Source: Eledone cirrhosa (lineage: Eukaryota). From it: DNA of 64,000 bases. The position numbers and the translations under genes are program-made. Shown here one piece after another: positions 1 to 13,129 of this stretch. A model generated the notes under the pieces. It was not told where the DNA came from and ran no database searches. It was given only the letters and a program-made list of their open reading frames with translations. Each line of letters opens with the position of its first letter. Positions within the stretch are counted from its first letter, which is position 1. The stretch is taken from assembly GCA_964016885.1 (NCBI GenBank), contig OZ024740.1, positions 80,848,001 through 80,912,000 on the forward strand. Reading direction: 5' to 3'.

Positions 1-48
1 CCAATTATCCTTTTTGGTATGCCCGTCCGACTAACTCACTCGATATGC

Positions 49-290
49 AAATTAGGCTGCTCAGCCGTTATTATGCATAAGGAAAGTATGTACTTTCAAA
101 TGTTCAATCATCTGACAGGAAGGTATACGATGCTGACGATAGCTAATAAGCTTGAAACTAGTTCATCGTTCCTTTGTCAGTGTTGAACAAAAGGGCGACG
201 ATGGTTGCCGAACACTGTACGGCTTAATTCGGGCTGTTTGTTTACAAACAAACCGAACATTATAATAAATGTTCGGTAAACCCATACGTA
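49..290 (+). mobile_element. Solo PLE pLTR-like repeat carrying a hammerhead; second copy at 58973-59210
   Basis: Highly similar dispersed copy near 59 kb. Contains a complete hammerhead and is followed by TA/CA microsatellite. Confidence 0.7.
127..169 (+). ncRNA. Type I hammerhead ribozyme (palindromic stem III)
   Basis: acgatg-CTGACGA-t-agct(aata)agct-t-GAAA-ctag-TT-catcgt. Stem I is 6 bp and extends outward (ctgaca/tgtcag, tgttcaa/ttgaaca). Confidence 0.88.
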
Positions 291-370
291 CATATAAATA
301 TGTGTGCATGTATGTATATATATACATACTACTGTAGGTCTGTATACATATATGTATGTACGTATACATA

Positions 371-429
<59 letters not shown>

Positions 430-559
430 GTATGTGTAAAATAAGAAGTTTACAAGGCTAGCATACGTTTCCCTGCTAGTACCGGTTGCATCTCAGCATA
501 CTTAATAGGTAAGGTTGTGTAAAAATCCCAGAGTGGACACAAAGTTGATTGCTTCAATA

Positions 560-891
560 CAACGTTTCTCAACCGGTGTTCCTCGGAACCCTAGGAATCC
601 GCAAGAGGTCGCTAGGGGTTCTGTGAGAACCAGTTATAAATAAACTAATGTATTTCTTAAAAGTAATTTTTGTTAAATTTTATATTTGTAATTTTACTAT
701 GCATTTACGGCATATTGTCGGAAAATCCTTGTTTATTTTAAGAAAGGCTTCAACCTCTTATATTATTTAAAACTAGGTCAATATAAGAGATAGATATTAA
801 TAATGGTATATAATAATTTTTATGTAGGGGTTCCCTGAGACATGAACCTATTTCAAGGGTTTCATAACGGTAAAAAGGTTGAGAAACGCTG
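560..891. mobile_element. Non-autonomous hAT-type MITE
   Basis: TIRs caacgtttctcaacc / ggttgagaaacgctg. Perfect 8-bp TSD cttcaata (552-559, 892-899). Confidence 0.85.
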
Positions 892-1744
892 CTTCAATAC
901 AACACATGTAAATGGGTACCATAAATTCTATACCCGTACTCGAGTTTCGGCCACACTTAATACAGCAACAAAGCGTACAGAATCTACTGTCTGCATTTAT
1001 CATGCAACAGTGCACAATTGGCGCATATTGCTTCATCAGCGGGTATCACCTAATCAATAAATAATCGATCAACAGAATTCGATTCCAATCTGTGCTGCCT
1101 CTCGAAGTGAATGCTCCAGGCGGCAGAGTAGTACATTGGTACCTGAAATACCCACGCGTCATCAGCAGGCCGTCAACCGATTGGCCACTGGTTCAGAAAT
1201 TCAGGTGATGGTAGGAGTCGAAATTCTAGTGATTCTGCCACTCCGTAAGGACACCCCATCATATCTCAAGTCAAACGCGAATTAACAATTGAGTGAAAAA
1301 ATCGGTTATTAGAGAAAATCTGTCTCGAATCGCTGTACAATAGAATGATAGCATTTAGCTCTAGTCTCCAAGTACCATGCCGTTGCAATAGTAATCAATG
1401 GAAGTGCCTAAAACTTTTTTAGACATTAAATGCCAACCGGCAATTAGACAGCGATAAAGAATTAGCGGACTGGTTAGAATTCGAATTTGGGTCATATAGA
1501 TCAATATATCTTATTATTATTATTATTATTATTGACGAAAGTGGATGTACGTTTTTTGAAGCTCCGTGAGTAAGCAATTTTTTGAGGATTAATTGTGGAG
1601 AATTGTTTATTTTTTTGTACCGCTGAAGCATTATAAGACATTTATTTGTATCCTGTGAAGGAATAACTCATAATATTTGGGCCTTTTGGCCCAAATATTT
1701 GAACTTTATTTTGGAAAAATAATAATTGTTTTTCTCAAAAAAAC

Positions 1745-3663
1745 ATGGCGGAGCCACGCCCCCCAGAGGCGGGTCTGCTGTCGTGCAACGGCGACTTGAG
1801 CGTTGAGAGGAGAGGTGGGGCGAGGAGCGCCACCAGCACGAGTGTGAGCAGCGACAGTGCCAGCACCAACGGGCCGAGCGGCGCGGAAGGTGGTAACAGC
1901 GACAACACCAACACCAACAAGCCGAACAGCGCAGAAGGTGGTAATAGCGAAAGCACCAACAAAACGAACAGCACAGAGAGTAATAGTAGCGACAGCAGCA
2001 GCACCAACAAGGCCACCAGCACAGAGGGTAAGCACGACACAGGGGAGAACAACAACAGCAATAGCAGCAGCAACACCAACAAGAACAACAACAGTGACAA
2101 CACCAACAAGAACACCTTCGCTGCTGTGGCAGCGGCTAAAAGGAGACCATGCTACAGCATCGACTTAACCAACAGAGAGGAAAAGTTGGCCCAGGCCTGG
2201 AAAATCATAAATCAAGAGCAGACCTGGGCAAATTAACTGTCCCGGCAGAAGCCATTGAGGCAGTGGAAAAAAGAATGGTGCATTTCAGATGCATCTCAGT
2301 AGAGACAAAGAGGGCAGCGATAATCGCCCAAGCTGATATAGAAGCCGCACTGAAATACATCAGAGAGGACACAGACTTCATAGAGAGGGGCAGGAAATAC
2401 GGCACCGTTTCGGTGCTGTTCAAGTCTGAAGCCCTCGCTGTGAAGCATTCAATGACCCCTTGCAAAACCAGCAAGGTCATAATGTACCCCTCCCACATGG
2501 GAAAACGAATAGTACGTGTGCGCATTCCCAGGATTCCACCAGGACTTGATATGTGGTGGCTCCTGGGTTGCGTAATCGTGGACTGAACGGATACAGTCCC
2601 GGTAGAGGCAACGAGAACTGCCAGGGACGACTGGTCCGGGGTTGATCTGGAGATACTGCTCCAAATCAGACCCGAAAACGTAAAAGCAATCCCGGACCAC
2701 ATCCACCTCCAAAACGGGAGGGTGTTGCATATAATGACTGAGGGCAAAAGGCCGCATTGTTTCCTTTGTGGGGAAACGACACACTTGCGAGCCTTCTGCC
2801 CTCAACTGCCGAAAAGCGCAAGGGGTCGAAAGATTCCACTGCTGGCGACGCCGGGACAAGGACCACCAGCAACACCGTCAACAATGGAACCACCAAAATT
2901 GCACACCCAGGGGGGAAACGAGGAAAGCTCTCCCATTCCCCCCCCCCCCCCCCCCAAAAAAAATACACACACGAACAAGAACATAAACACTCACTCAGAC
3001 ACAAACACGCTCATAGCCACAGACCCCTCATCCTCCAGCAGTGAAGATGAGGGAAAACCAAAGTCCCCCAAAATACAAAAAACAAAACACAAAAAAAAAA
3101 GAAATCCACAAAGCACAAACACCCCCACAAAAAAAAATACACACACCACCCACACAAACATTTTCCCCACAGCATCACCAACACAACCACCAAAATCCCC
3201 CAAACGCAAACAAGCTAAACAGACACAAGAACAAATAGACACACAAACATCAGAAACTACAGACACCCCACCCACAACAAACGCAGACACAATAGAAACA
3301 ACACTAACAAAGCTATCACCACCACAATCACACGAACAAATAAAACCCGAGCAACAAAACATTAAAAACTTCGTGCTTGCCAGAAGGGCCAACAAGGAAT
3401 TGATGGCCCATGTAGCACGAAGCACAAACATCAAAAAAGAGGGGGAAACATTTGAAGCGAGCACATTTCGCGTACCAGATAATTTGCTTCTGATGCGAAT
3501 GTCGCTCGCTTCATACAAAGAAATTCGAAAGAGCTTTCCTCGGGATGTGGGAACCCCGAACGTAAAACCCACTTCAAGACTATTAAAGGGGTTCCGAAAA
3601 GAAACCCCACAAACCATGGAGGTCGAACCACCCGACCTTCACAAGACCCCGGAAGGTAAGTAA
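1745..3663 (+). pseudogene. Tx1 ORF1 (gag-like, zinc knuckle), disrupted
   Basis: ORF pieces 1745-2236, 2149-2586 and 2722-3663. Frameshift near 2230 and in-frame TGA at 2584. CFLCGETTHLRAFC knuckle. Low-complexity S/N and T/K/P tracts. Confidence 0.8.
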
Positions 3664-3692
3664 ACCTTTCCTCTCCCATTCATCCTGCCAGC

Positions 3693-6600
3693 ATGGCCAT
3701 AAGAGTAGGAAGTTTAAATGTTCGTGGCCTGGGGTCGCCCTGGAAGCAAGGTCACTTGCTCAACGACCTCAGGTCACTAGGAATGGATGTAATTGCCATC
3801 AGCGAGACCAGAATTTCCGACACACGCGCACTGGCGCCGATTTTCGACGATTATCAGATCTTTGCATCTGTTAGTCGGCCGGGAATGGGAGGTGGAGTGG
3901 TTGTGCTGTTTAGGAAATGTCTGGATCTCGAGGTAAGGTCAATCTTCCGGGATCCTGACGGAAAGTTGGTGGTCCTGGACGTGAGCAATAGCGAAGGTGG
4001 TGCCTTTAGACTGGTGGCCGTCTACGCCCCTACTGGGGCCGGTCGGCCGGACTTCTTTAGGCGCCTGGAAAACTTTCTGCTTACGTCTCGCCCTTTACTG
4101 TTAATAGGGGATTGGAATGGCATCTTAGAAGCACGCTGGGATTGTGTGGGAGTATCTGATAGGAGCGGGGGGTGCAAAAGCCTCAAGTACCTGATCAGCC
4201 AGTTTCAACTGTCTGACAGGTACCGACTAGATTTCCCTAATGCGCCAGTATGGACCTGGACCAATCGCATAGGGTCATCTAGATCGTACATAGATAGGAT
4301 TTTCATTAGGAAAAGAGATAGAAATAGTGTAGGATGTCCACATTTTAAAACGGTTGCCTATTCAGATCACAAGCTTGTGATCTGTATGGTCGACCTAGAT
4401 AAGACACGTAGGTTAGGACCTAGCTACTGGAAGCTAAACATGTCGTTTCCGGCACGTAAAGCTTACAGGGACCGGGTCAACAACTTAGTTAAGCAAAAGT
4501 TGACAGGGGGCGGGGGGGTTGTCAACAACAGGTGGTGGGGGGCTCTCAAAAGAGAGATTAGAGCAACCTCGATAGGATTTAGCAAAGAAGTAGCAATAGA
4601 GAAAAATAGAAAGGAGGAGGGGCTGATAGCTAAGTTAGACGAGGCTATTTGTAGTGGCATTGCAACAGACGTGCTAGCGGCGAGAATGGCACTAGACCAT
4701 TTCTTCAATGCGAAACACGAAGGTTGCATTGTCAGAGCTAAGGCGCGTGCTCTGAGGAACGAGGGAACCAAAGCTGCCCGATGGGCTCGCTTTGCAGAGA
4801 CGCAGCGTGGAAATAAAACCACAATTCGGTCTTTAACGGATCGAGATGGACACGAACTGAGCGATTCCAAGCAGATGTGTGAGGCCTTTCGCCAGCACTT
4901 TGCTCGATTGTTCGGGAGGATGGGTGAGTCGGAGACGGCGGCGGACTTCAGTCCCTACCTCGACGGCTTGCCACGCCTCTCGACGGCCGACGCTGAGCGC
5001 TGCGAAGAGCCGATAACATCAGTCGAAATTCAGGACGCCCTTGTCGGCTGCTCGAGTCGCAAGTCACCCGGTTTGGATGGTCTGCCCTACGAGCTTTACG
5101 TAAATATGCCAGACTTGTTCTCCGATCTCCTCGAAGCGCTCTACTGCAACTGGCAGCAGAACGGGAGCATTCCCAGTTCTGTGAGCCGTGGCGTAGTGAC
5201 GCTGATAAGGAAAGACGAGAACAAGAGGGACACACTAGATAATTTCAGGCCCATAACCCTGCTCAACACAGAGTTCAAGATTTTGGCCAAGGTGTTAGCG
5301 AAAAGGTTGGCGCTTGTCGTCAAAGATTTGGTTGGGGAGGCGCAAACTTGCGCAATCCCGACCAGGTCCATACACGACAACCTCCACCTCATGCGATACA
5401 TCATAGAGAGGGTTGGGTGCAAACCTGGCTTCGGTGGGGCTCTGATCAATTTAGATCAATCGAAAGCATTCGATAGGGTCGCCATCGGTACTTCGAGGCT
5501 GTCCTCGAGGCGGCTGGCTTCGGCCCCGTCTTCAGAAGCTGGATCGCTGCAATGTACAGCGGCATCTGCTCGGTGGTCAAAGTTAATGGCCACCTCTCGG
5601 AACCGTTTCAGATCTCTCGATCGGTCCGTCAAGGGTGCCCTCTCTCCTCACTTCTGTACGTATTGACTCTTGAGCCTCTACTGCGGAAGCTGGAGTTGTT
5701 GCAGGGCATCCCGCTCGAACCGGGACGTAGAAAGGCTGCGTCCGCTTATGCGGACGACATCACCGTGATGGTGTCGGACACCTCGGAAATCGAGGTGATC
5801 CGCACCGATTTGGAGGAATATGAAAGGTTGACGGGAGCAAAACTTAACCCGGAAAAGTCGGTGGGCTTGCAGCTCGGCACCTGGAGAGGCAAGTCCATGC
5901 CGTCCAACAGCGTCGTTGGGCGCTGGACAGACGGACCGGTAAAGTTGCTCGGGGTTTGGTTCGGACCAGACCTCCAGGTGGATAAGAATTGGGACGAGGT
6001 GACGAGCAGGATAGCCAACCTCACCCAGAAATGGGCTGAGAGAAAGCTATCACTGAAAGGGCGGGCGGAGGTGGCGAACGCGTACATCGCGTCCGTCATC
6101 TACTACCGCCTGACCGTCGTGCCTTGCCCCCGTCCACGCCTCGCCAATTTGGAACGGCTCCTTTTCAAATGTTTGTGGAGGGGACGGGTCCCGTTGGTGA
6201 GGCGGTCCATCTGCTGCCAGCACCCTCTTCGTGGAGGGCTGGGCATGCCGTGGCTAATGATGCGCAGACATGCGCTGAGGCTGCGAAATCTCCAGATATT
6301 TTACCTAAACGGTGAACAGGTGTGGTCGCCGTTTGTTAGACGGGCCTTTCCGCAGCTCATCTCTTTGACTGAGCTGCAGTCCTGGGTCAAGAAGAGACCG
6401 AGACTGGGCGACTGGCATCTGGAATGTTGCCAGGCGCTCACTGCACTCTGCAAGGTGGGCAATGCGGTCAGTGGAACTTCCACTCAACATTTCTATACAG
6501 GATTAGTGGAGGGCAAGTACGATGACATACTAGGAGAGGCTCTAGGCGTCAACGAAGTAGAACTGACCAGTATGTTCCGGAGGACTTTCGAGCCGGGGAC

Positions 6601-7117
6601 GATGGATAACTTCCAGAAATCCCTCGCTTGGCAGTGCTACCGGGGGGCGCTGCCGGTTCGGGATAAACTCTACAGGCACGGAAGTGCTGTCAGACGAACC
6701 TGCCCGAGATGCGCGCAGAGCGACGAAACCGTTCTGCACGCACTCGTCCAGTGTCCGTGCATTGCTGACTTGTGGGGTTATGTCGAACAGCTATTGTCGC
6801 GTGTAGAACGGATCCGGCTATCGTCCGAGTCCATAGTGAAGATTGACCCGCCGCCTTCTTTTGGTCAGGAAAGGCAGGCAATTTTCCTCTGCCTGGTGGC
6901 AGTAGCGAAAGAGGTTGCATGGTGGACCAGGTTGAAAGGACTGAAGACAGACACTTTTCTCTTCGGCCAATCCCTCATCAACTTCTTCAAGTTTCACTTG
7001 GAAAGGAAGGTGAGGGTGGAGAGAGAAGTGCTGCCCTCCTGTACATTTACTGAAAGGTGGGTGAATGTGGCGAGAATGGCCCGCGTGAGTAGGCCTACTC
7101 TGATCATGCGCCTGTAG
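3693..7117 (+). pseudogene. Tx1 ORF2: APE endonuclease + reverse transcriptase + C-terminal zinc finger, one frameshift
   Basis: APE motifs SLNVRGL, GDWN, SDH. RT motifs SPGLDGLP, FRPITLLN, KAFDRV, VRQGCPLS, YADD. C-terminal CPRC..ETVLHALVQC. A 1-nt loss near 5481 splits ORFs 3693-5666 and 5552-7117. Confidence 0.92.
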
Positions 7118-7394
7118 GCTGGTGAATTCGAGAATGAGAGGGGTGCCCTTCCCGGGTGCCCTAGGAGCGTCGGGTGGCTCAGGACTGGTGGGGTGCTTGA
7201 GTCAACCCTGGGTGGTGATCCCTCTTATTGGGGAACTTTCATTGTTGTATTTTTATTGTTATATTTTGTTTTTTGTTATTTATACTTACTCGATCTCTAT
7301 GTAAACCCCCACTGTCCCTGTCTATTGTGTTGTCCCCTATATGTCGGCCCTTGTGGCCAATAAATGAAATCATTATTATTATTATTATTATTCA

Positions 7395-7580
7395 AGGGCG
7401 GTGGATTGGCAGTATCGGTAGAGGGTCGGACGCCATGCTTTCCAGCATAGTTACATCCCTTTACGATCTGAGTTCAAATCCCGCCGAGGTTGACTTTGCC
7501 TTTCATCCTTACGGGGTCAATCAAATAAAGTACCAGTAATGCACTGGGGAATTGCTGGCCTTGTGCCTAAAGTAGAAACA
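7395..7580 (+). mobile_element. tRNA-derived SINE (central domain resembles the Meta/MESC core)
   Basis: Box A-like tggcagtatcggtag, box B gagttcaaatcc, core gactttgcctttcatccttacggggtc. Flanked by duplicated attattattattattca. Several copies in the window. Confidence 0.85.
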
Positions 7581-7596
7581 ATTATTATTATTATTC

Positions 7597-7930
7597 ATGC
7601 GTCGTAGTGGCACACTCCTCTAACATTTCTTCAAAGGGGTCCTCTCAGAACCAACTCTTTATAATTCATCCGACTTGATCTCCAAGGAGACCAGCCGAGC
7701 TCATGGATGCTATCCAACCATCTTCATCTGCTTCTACCTTGGGTCTCCTGCCGCTTAGTTTTGTCCAGTCATTCTTTCCTGGGGCATTCTAACCCATGTC
7801 CGTAATATCGGAGCGCTGATCTCTTAATTGGGAGATGTAATTGCTGTACGTGGAGCGATTCTCTGATCTCCGAGCTACGCACTCTATCGAGTAACGTTAC
7901 TTCAAAGACCCTTCGAAGAACACCAATTCG
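7597..7930 (-). mobile_element. 3' fragment of an RTE-clade LINE
   Basis: Translation LRRVFEVTLLDRVRSSEIRE..LRYYGH resembles the RTE C-terminus. It ends towards an (AAT)n tail on the minus strand. Confidence 0.7.
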
Positions 7931-9312
7931 TCCGCTTGTATTCGCGATAGTATTCTCGTAAATTCCCGCTGACTGATCCTTACTTTCAATGCAAGGATTT
8001 AGCTTAATACACATGTAACAATTTTGATTGTATTATACCATTATTGTTTTGTATCTGGCAATAACAAGGGACGAAATTTATATATTTGCTATCTTCTATT
8101 CTAATTATTGAAACGAAAGTTTTGATAATTATATAATTGTTTCTACTTTTGGCACAAGGCCAGCAATTACTCAGTGTATCCCATAAGGATAAAAGGCAAA
8201 GTTAATCTTGCCGGGTGCCAGCAACACATTAAATCAAGCCATTTCAGAAAGAAGCATGCACACGATTCCATGTCATTATTTTTGTATAAGTGAAATACAT
8301 ATAACGTAAATGTAGTGATGAGCAGCAACTATGGTCATTATTGAGCATTTCACAGACATATCTACATTTAACATAGGTCTCAGGGAGATTCAGTGCGACA
8401 CAATGTGTGATAGTTTGACATAGGCTATTTGATAGAGTTTCATTACGTATCCGTTTAACCAATTTCACAAACAAGCTTATGCCGACTCGTGTTTATGGCA
8501 AATGCTACATCCCCAAACTGTAACGTAGTAACATCGAACTCAGGGTTTGATGATTGCACATCAAACATTTTAAACTTTCGGACATGCTGCTTCTTTCAAT
8601 GTATAGTTCGTGAATCCGTAATATTATATTACGTAGTGTCTCTTTTTTACTCTTCCAAACAGTAAGTTTTTTAATACAAATTTTCTGAATATTCCGTTAT
8701 TCCACATTACCATGTTTTCTGAATATTCCGTGTTGCCACATTACCAAACACCTTTAAGCGACTATGATCAGAATGCATTTTGTCGTTAATGCTTATGTGA
8801 AATCTATGTTTCTAGATACCTTCGTGCTAAAATAATGCCTACCAACAACAGGAGACAACGAATCAATAATTTATATGATTTTTGGTCTATTATAAAAAGC
8901 ACACACATGTCTTTTAAATAACTCTCCATCTATCTAAAAACGAAAGAAGATTTGATAAGTGAGTGCAAATAAAAGTACTCCCAGAAATAGAATAACAAGA
9001 TGGGGTGGTGTGGCTGGAACTCCTCTGATAAAAAGGTTAGCTGACTCAAACTAATCTGAATCAAAGCAACGTCAACATAAACATCAACATATAGAACTTC
9101 GCCATTAATAGCATCATACACCGACAACAGCCTGATTACATTTGTTAAGCTAAATTATCTCAGAGGAATAAATCGATTGATTACTGAACAGGTCGAATGT
9201 CGTGTATATTGTGCATTGCTGTACCACATACTAAGGAAACTTAGTTTTCAGCCACAGAATCCGCATTAAAAAAAATGCCACTGCAGAAAAGTCCATTGCC
9301 GAATACAATAAT

Positions 9313-9497
9313 TGTTTCTACTTTAGGCACAAGGCCAGCAATTACCCAGTGCATTACTGGTACTTTATTTTATCGACCCCGTAAGGATGAAAGGCAAAGT
9401 CAACCTCGGCGGGATTTGAACTCAGATCGTAAAGGGACGTAACTATGCTGGAAATCATGGCGTCCGACCCTCTACCGATACTGCCAATCCACCGCCT
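9313..9497 (-). mobile_element. tRNA-derived SINE, same family as 7395
   Basis: Reverse-complement match. 19-bp TSD cattgccgaatacaataat (9294-9312, 9498-9516). Confidence 0.9.
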
Positions 9498-10969
9498 CAT
9501 TGCCGAATACAATAATATCTATATGACTGTTTTTGCTGTTTAGTCCATTCACGTCATGTCTGATTGAGCAAACATAAATAAAGTAATCTTAACCGCGTCA
9601 ATCACGTCTCATTTTAAGCATAGTGTACCCTGAATTAGAAGAGCGTACACTATCTGATATCTAGCTGCTATTTCTAGCAGGTAGATCATCTAAGTAAAGG
9701 CTCCCTCCTTGGCTGTGGCCACTACATTGTTATTGACTAGTGCTATTGTTGACGAAATCTGACCAGACAAATTTACTTGCGATAGAGTTTAATGTTGCAA
9801 CAATTAATTCTAAAGTTCGGCGTCGCAACCACCTTAGTAGATGTAGCATTAATGAGAATTCCAGTGGCTTCAAATTCTGAAATCATCAAATGCTCAAGCT
9901 ACGATTAAAGATAAAATGGTAATAAATATGGACTCTACGTGAAGTCAAGTGACCCAGTGGTTAGAGTGTTGGCATCATATGGCTAATCATGAAGGTTCGA
10001 TTCTGGACAGCGTGAAGATCCCTTAAGCAAATACTTCGCTTTAGGTCGTTCTATTTCATTTAGCAGAATAATGTGTGTCAGCAGTAGCTGTAGTTCAAAC
10101 ATGCAGCGGATAGGCTTGCTTTCTACAGCAGAGTCTGGTATTCTCAGTTGAGTATCACCTCATAAAATCGAGATATGCTTCTAAAAGTTGAGCCTTTCGG
10201 CTAGAAAGGTGTTTATATATGTTTACTTAACATGATATCCTGGTTTGAAAATTGTATAAGCTCATTATATATATTGACAAACATGCAAAGAAATACAAAG
10301 AAATATTCTGTACACAATATATTTCCTTTGAGAAAGTTTTATACAATGCAAAGCGACGAGATACCACCAGGTGGTGAACAACATATGTTTTGAATGTTAA
10401 ACTTATATGTAATTCGTATCTTGTCTTGTATACCTGAATATTTAATAAACGTAAATTTATCTTATATGAGTAGGAATATATCACTAAAGAAGGATTAGTA
10501 TTTCATTAATGTACATATGAGATATACTCGATACATTTAAATCTCTGAAAACAGAAACAAAATATTTAAATGATACATCGTTGCATATCAATAAATAGCA
10601 AACTGACATAGAACAGAATTAAGGAACGTTTCAGATAATCTGGAGTATAATAATTTCATTATTAAATTCAATAAGTTTGTATAATCTCTACTATCCGATA
10701 ATTGTTGCCATAAGCTGCGATTTGGAGTACTTTAGCTTTTCATTTCTCTTCTCGGGATGTTGATTCCTTACATAGACACAAGAAAATATAGTTACGGAGA
10801 AATAAATAATACATTGTATATCTTCCAGAGTTTTTGATGAAACAGATTAGCGTTGCGGTGAAATGAAAATTCTATAACAAGCAATCTAAACCGGCTTATA
10901 ATAACCGAGAGAAGTACGTATTAATATTTCTCATAAGTTCTCTCTCTCTCCCTCCCTCCCTCTCTCTCT

Positions 10970-11024
<55 letters not shown>

Positions 11025-11174
11025 ACTCTCTCTCTATATATATATATATATTAGCGTCCGAAACGTTAAGACCCTCTTCCGGCTATATCAAGCGTTCACC
11101 TAATATAGCCCTTCCATATACTGTACAGTGTGCTTATTTCTGTTTACATTTTATATACATACATATATATATAT

Positions 11175-13088
11175 CCAACTGCATAATAGGCAACATGGAT
11201 CTGGTATCACTGTACCCATCCATTAACATTGATTTTGCTGTGGAAAGATGTGTGGAGATGATCATTGAGAGTGAGGTGGAGTTCTGCGATGTCGACACAG
11301 ACGAACTGGGCCTCCTACTTAGACTTACCTACGACACTGACTACCTAGACAGCCATGACCTTAGACGTTTCTGCCCTAGAGACCCATAAGAGGTAGAACC
11401 CCCACCATAACCTCAATGGCAAAAGAGACTCCCATCGGAAGGTGGATTGAGTGGACGAAAGCTATACGGACCCCCGAAAACAATGATCAGGTAAGAAACA
11501 TGGTCGCACATGGAATAGGGGCTAGTATCAAAACTACCCTAATGGGCCACATATTCAAGTTCAACGAGAAGATCTACACCCAAAATGAGGGCGCAGCCAT
11601 TGGCGTCAGCATAGCTGGTGATGTTGCCAAACTTTTCATGGTATGGTGGGAAAGGAGACTTAAAGATCTCCTTAATGAGAGCTCCATAGACCTCATCATG
11701 TACTCTCGTTAAGTAGACGATATCAATATAGTTATAAGAACATCCCCACTAGAGAGCACTAACAAGTTTGATTTAGAACGTAGAACAATGGAAAGCATCA
11801 AGCAGATAGCTAATTCCATACACCAGAGTATAACTGTAACTATCGACTTCCCTTCCAGACACCCTAACAATAGACTACCTGTATTAGACACGGAACTCTG
11901 GATTAACACTATAGACGAGAGAGCCCAATTTCTCCACTCACACTATTGTAAACCCATGGCCTCCAAATACCTGATACTCAAAAACTCAGCAATGTCCAGT
12001 AGTGCTAAGTTTAATATTCTGATCGCAGATTTGGTACGAGTGATGAAGAATGTGTCCCGCATGTGCGACCCAACAGAAATGGAAAGACACATCCAACACT
12101 TCATCAACCACATGCAGTTCTCTGGCTACAACCAAAGAGACAGAGTTAGAGTATACGAAGGAGCCATGGAGAAGTATGGGACCCTCATAGAACTGGACAT
12201 GACAGGAATTTGCCCATTATACAGGAGCAAATCATGGAATAGCTTAGATAGGGCTAGACATAAGATAGGGAAAGCCACATCATGGTACGACAAACAGAGA
12301 TACCAGAGTGTCATGTTTGTGAACGCTACCCCTGGAGGGAAATTAGCTAACCAGTGTAGAAAGGCCCCGAGAAAGACCCACTTAAAGATTAAGGTGGTAG
12401 AAAAGCCAGGAACCACCATAAAATCCCTGATCAGCAAAACCTACCCTTTTAAGAAAACCCACTGTACTAATAGGAAATGTATCATATGTAAGGTAAACCC
12501 CCGGATAAACTGTAAAACTAGAAACGTAGTCTATAGCATAAGATGTACAGAGGGTACTTGCAGAAACATGACAACAACATACGTAGGCGAGACAGCTCGT
12601 AGCATAGGTGAAAGGATAGACCAACACTGGGGGGAACTAAACATACACAAACACAATAACAACAAACACATATAAACACACACTAGTAAACTAGGATAGA
12701 ATACAATAACCGAAACACAGTCACCAAAACGCGAACACACATCAAACACTATACACACACGCAAACGCATGCGCAGGGAGGAAGACATAAACAAATAAAC
12801 AGATTAAATAAAGATGGCGTAGACATACAATACAACAGGAGGAAACATAATAGCACCACTGACGATGTTGCAGATGTGCAACGAAATAACTTTGTTAGAC
12901 TATATATATGTGTTTGTGTCTATATTATATCTGTATTTTTGATCGTTGGCCAGTCAATGGTAAACATTGAGGACCGAATAAATTAACTGATATAAAAGAT
13001 ACAGAAGCGAAAACCAGTCAAACAGTGAGTGTGTGTTCTGCTATTAATTCTGGCAATATTATTACAACAATATGACCCTCCCCAAGTA

Positions 13089-13092
<4 letters not shown>
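11175..13092 (+). mobile_element. 5'-truncated Penelope-like element (RT + Cys linker + GIY-YIG) with pLTR
   Basis: DLVSLYPSI, GAAIG, YSR*VDD, LPVLD, NVVYSIRC..YVGETARSIGERIDQH. Stops and frameshifts present. Bounded by (TA)n. Confidence 0.88.
12857..12894 (+). ncRNA. Degenerate hammerhead motif in pLTR
   Basis: CTGACGA-t-gttgca(gatg)tgcaac-GAAA-taac-TT. Stem I only about 2 bp. Confidence 0.55.

Positions 13093-13124
<32 letters not shown>

Positions 13125-13129
<5 letters not shown>

Larger units (their letters stand above)
1534..7371 (+). mobile_element. Tx1-like (L1 clade) non-LTR retrotransposon, apparently full length
   Basis: ORF1 with CCHC knuckle plus ORF2 APE-RT-zinc finger. AATAAA at 7359. 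(ATT)7 on both sides (1513-1533, 7372-7392). Confidence 0.9.

Noticed and set aside
2584-2586. In-frame TGA codons in retroelement ORFs as possible selenocysteine or readthrough
   Set aside because: The same elements carry frameshifts or TAA stops, and no SECIS was recognised. Ordinary decay is the simpler explanation.
3656-3691. GTAAGT..pyrimidine tract..CAG between Tx1 ORF1 and ORF2, resembling a mini-intron
   Set aside because: It is only 36 nt, and splicing would put ORF2 out of frame (gca tgg cca taa).
2205-6920. Antisense ORFs over the Tx1 element, and similar ones over the mariner and PLE ORFs
   Set aside because: They are shadow frames of GC-richer coding sequence with no recognisable motifs.
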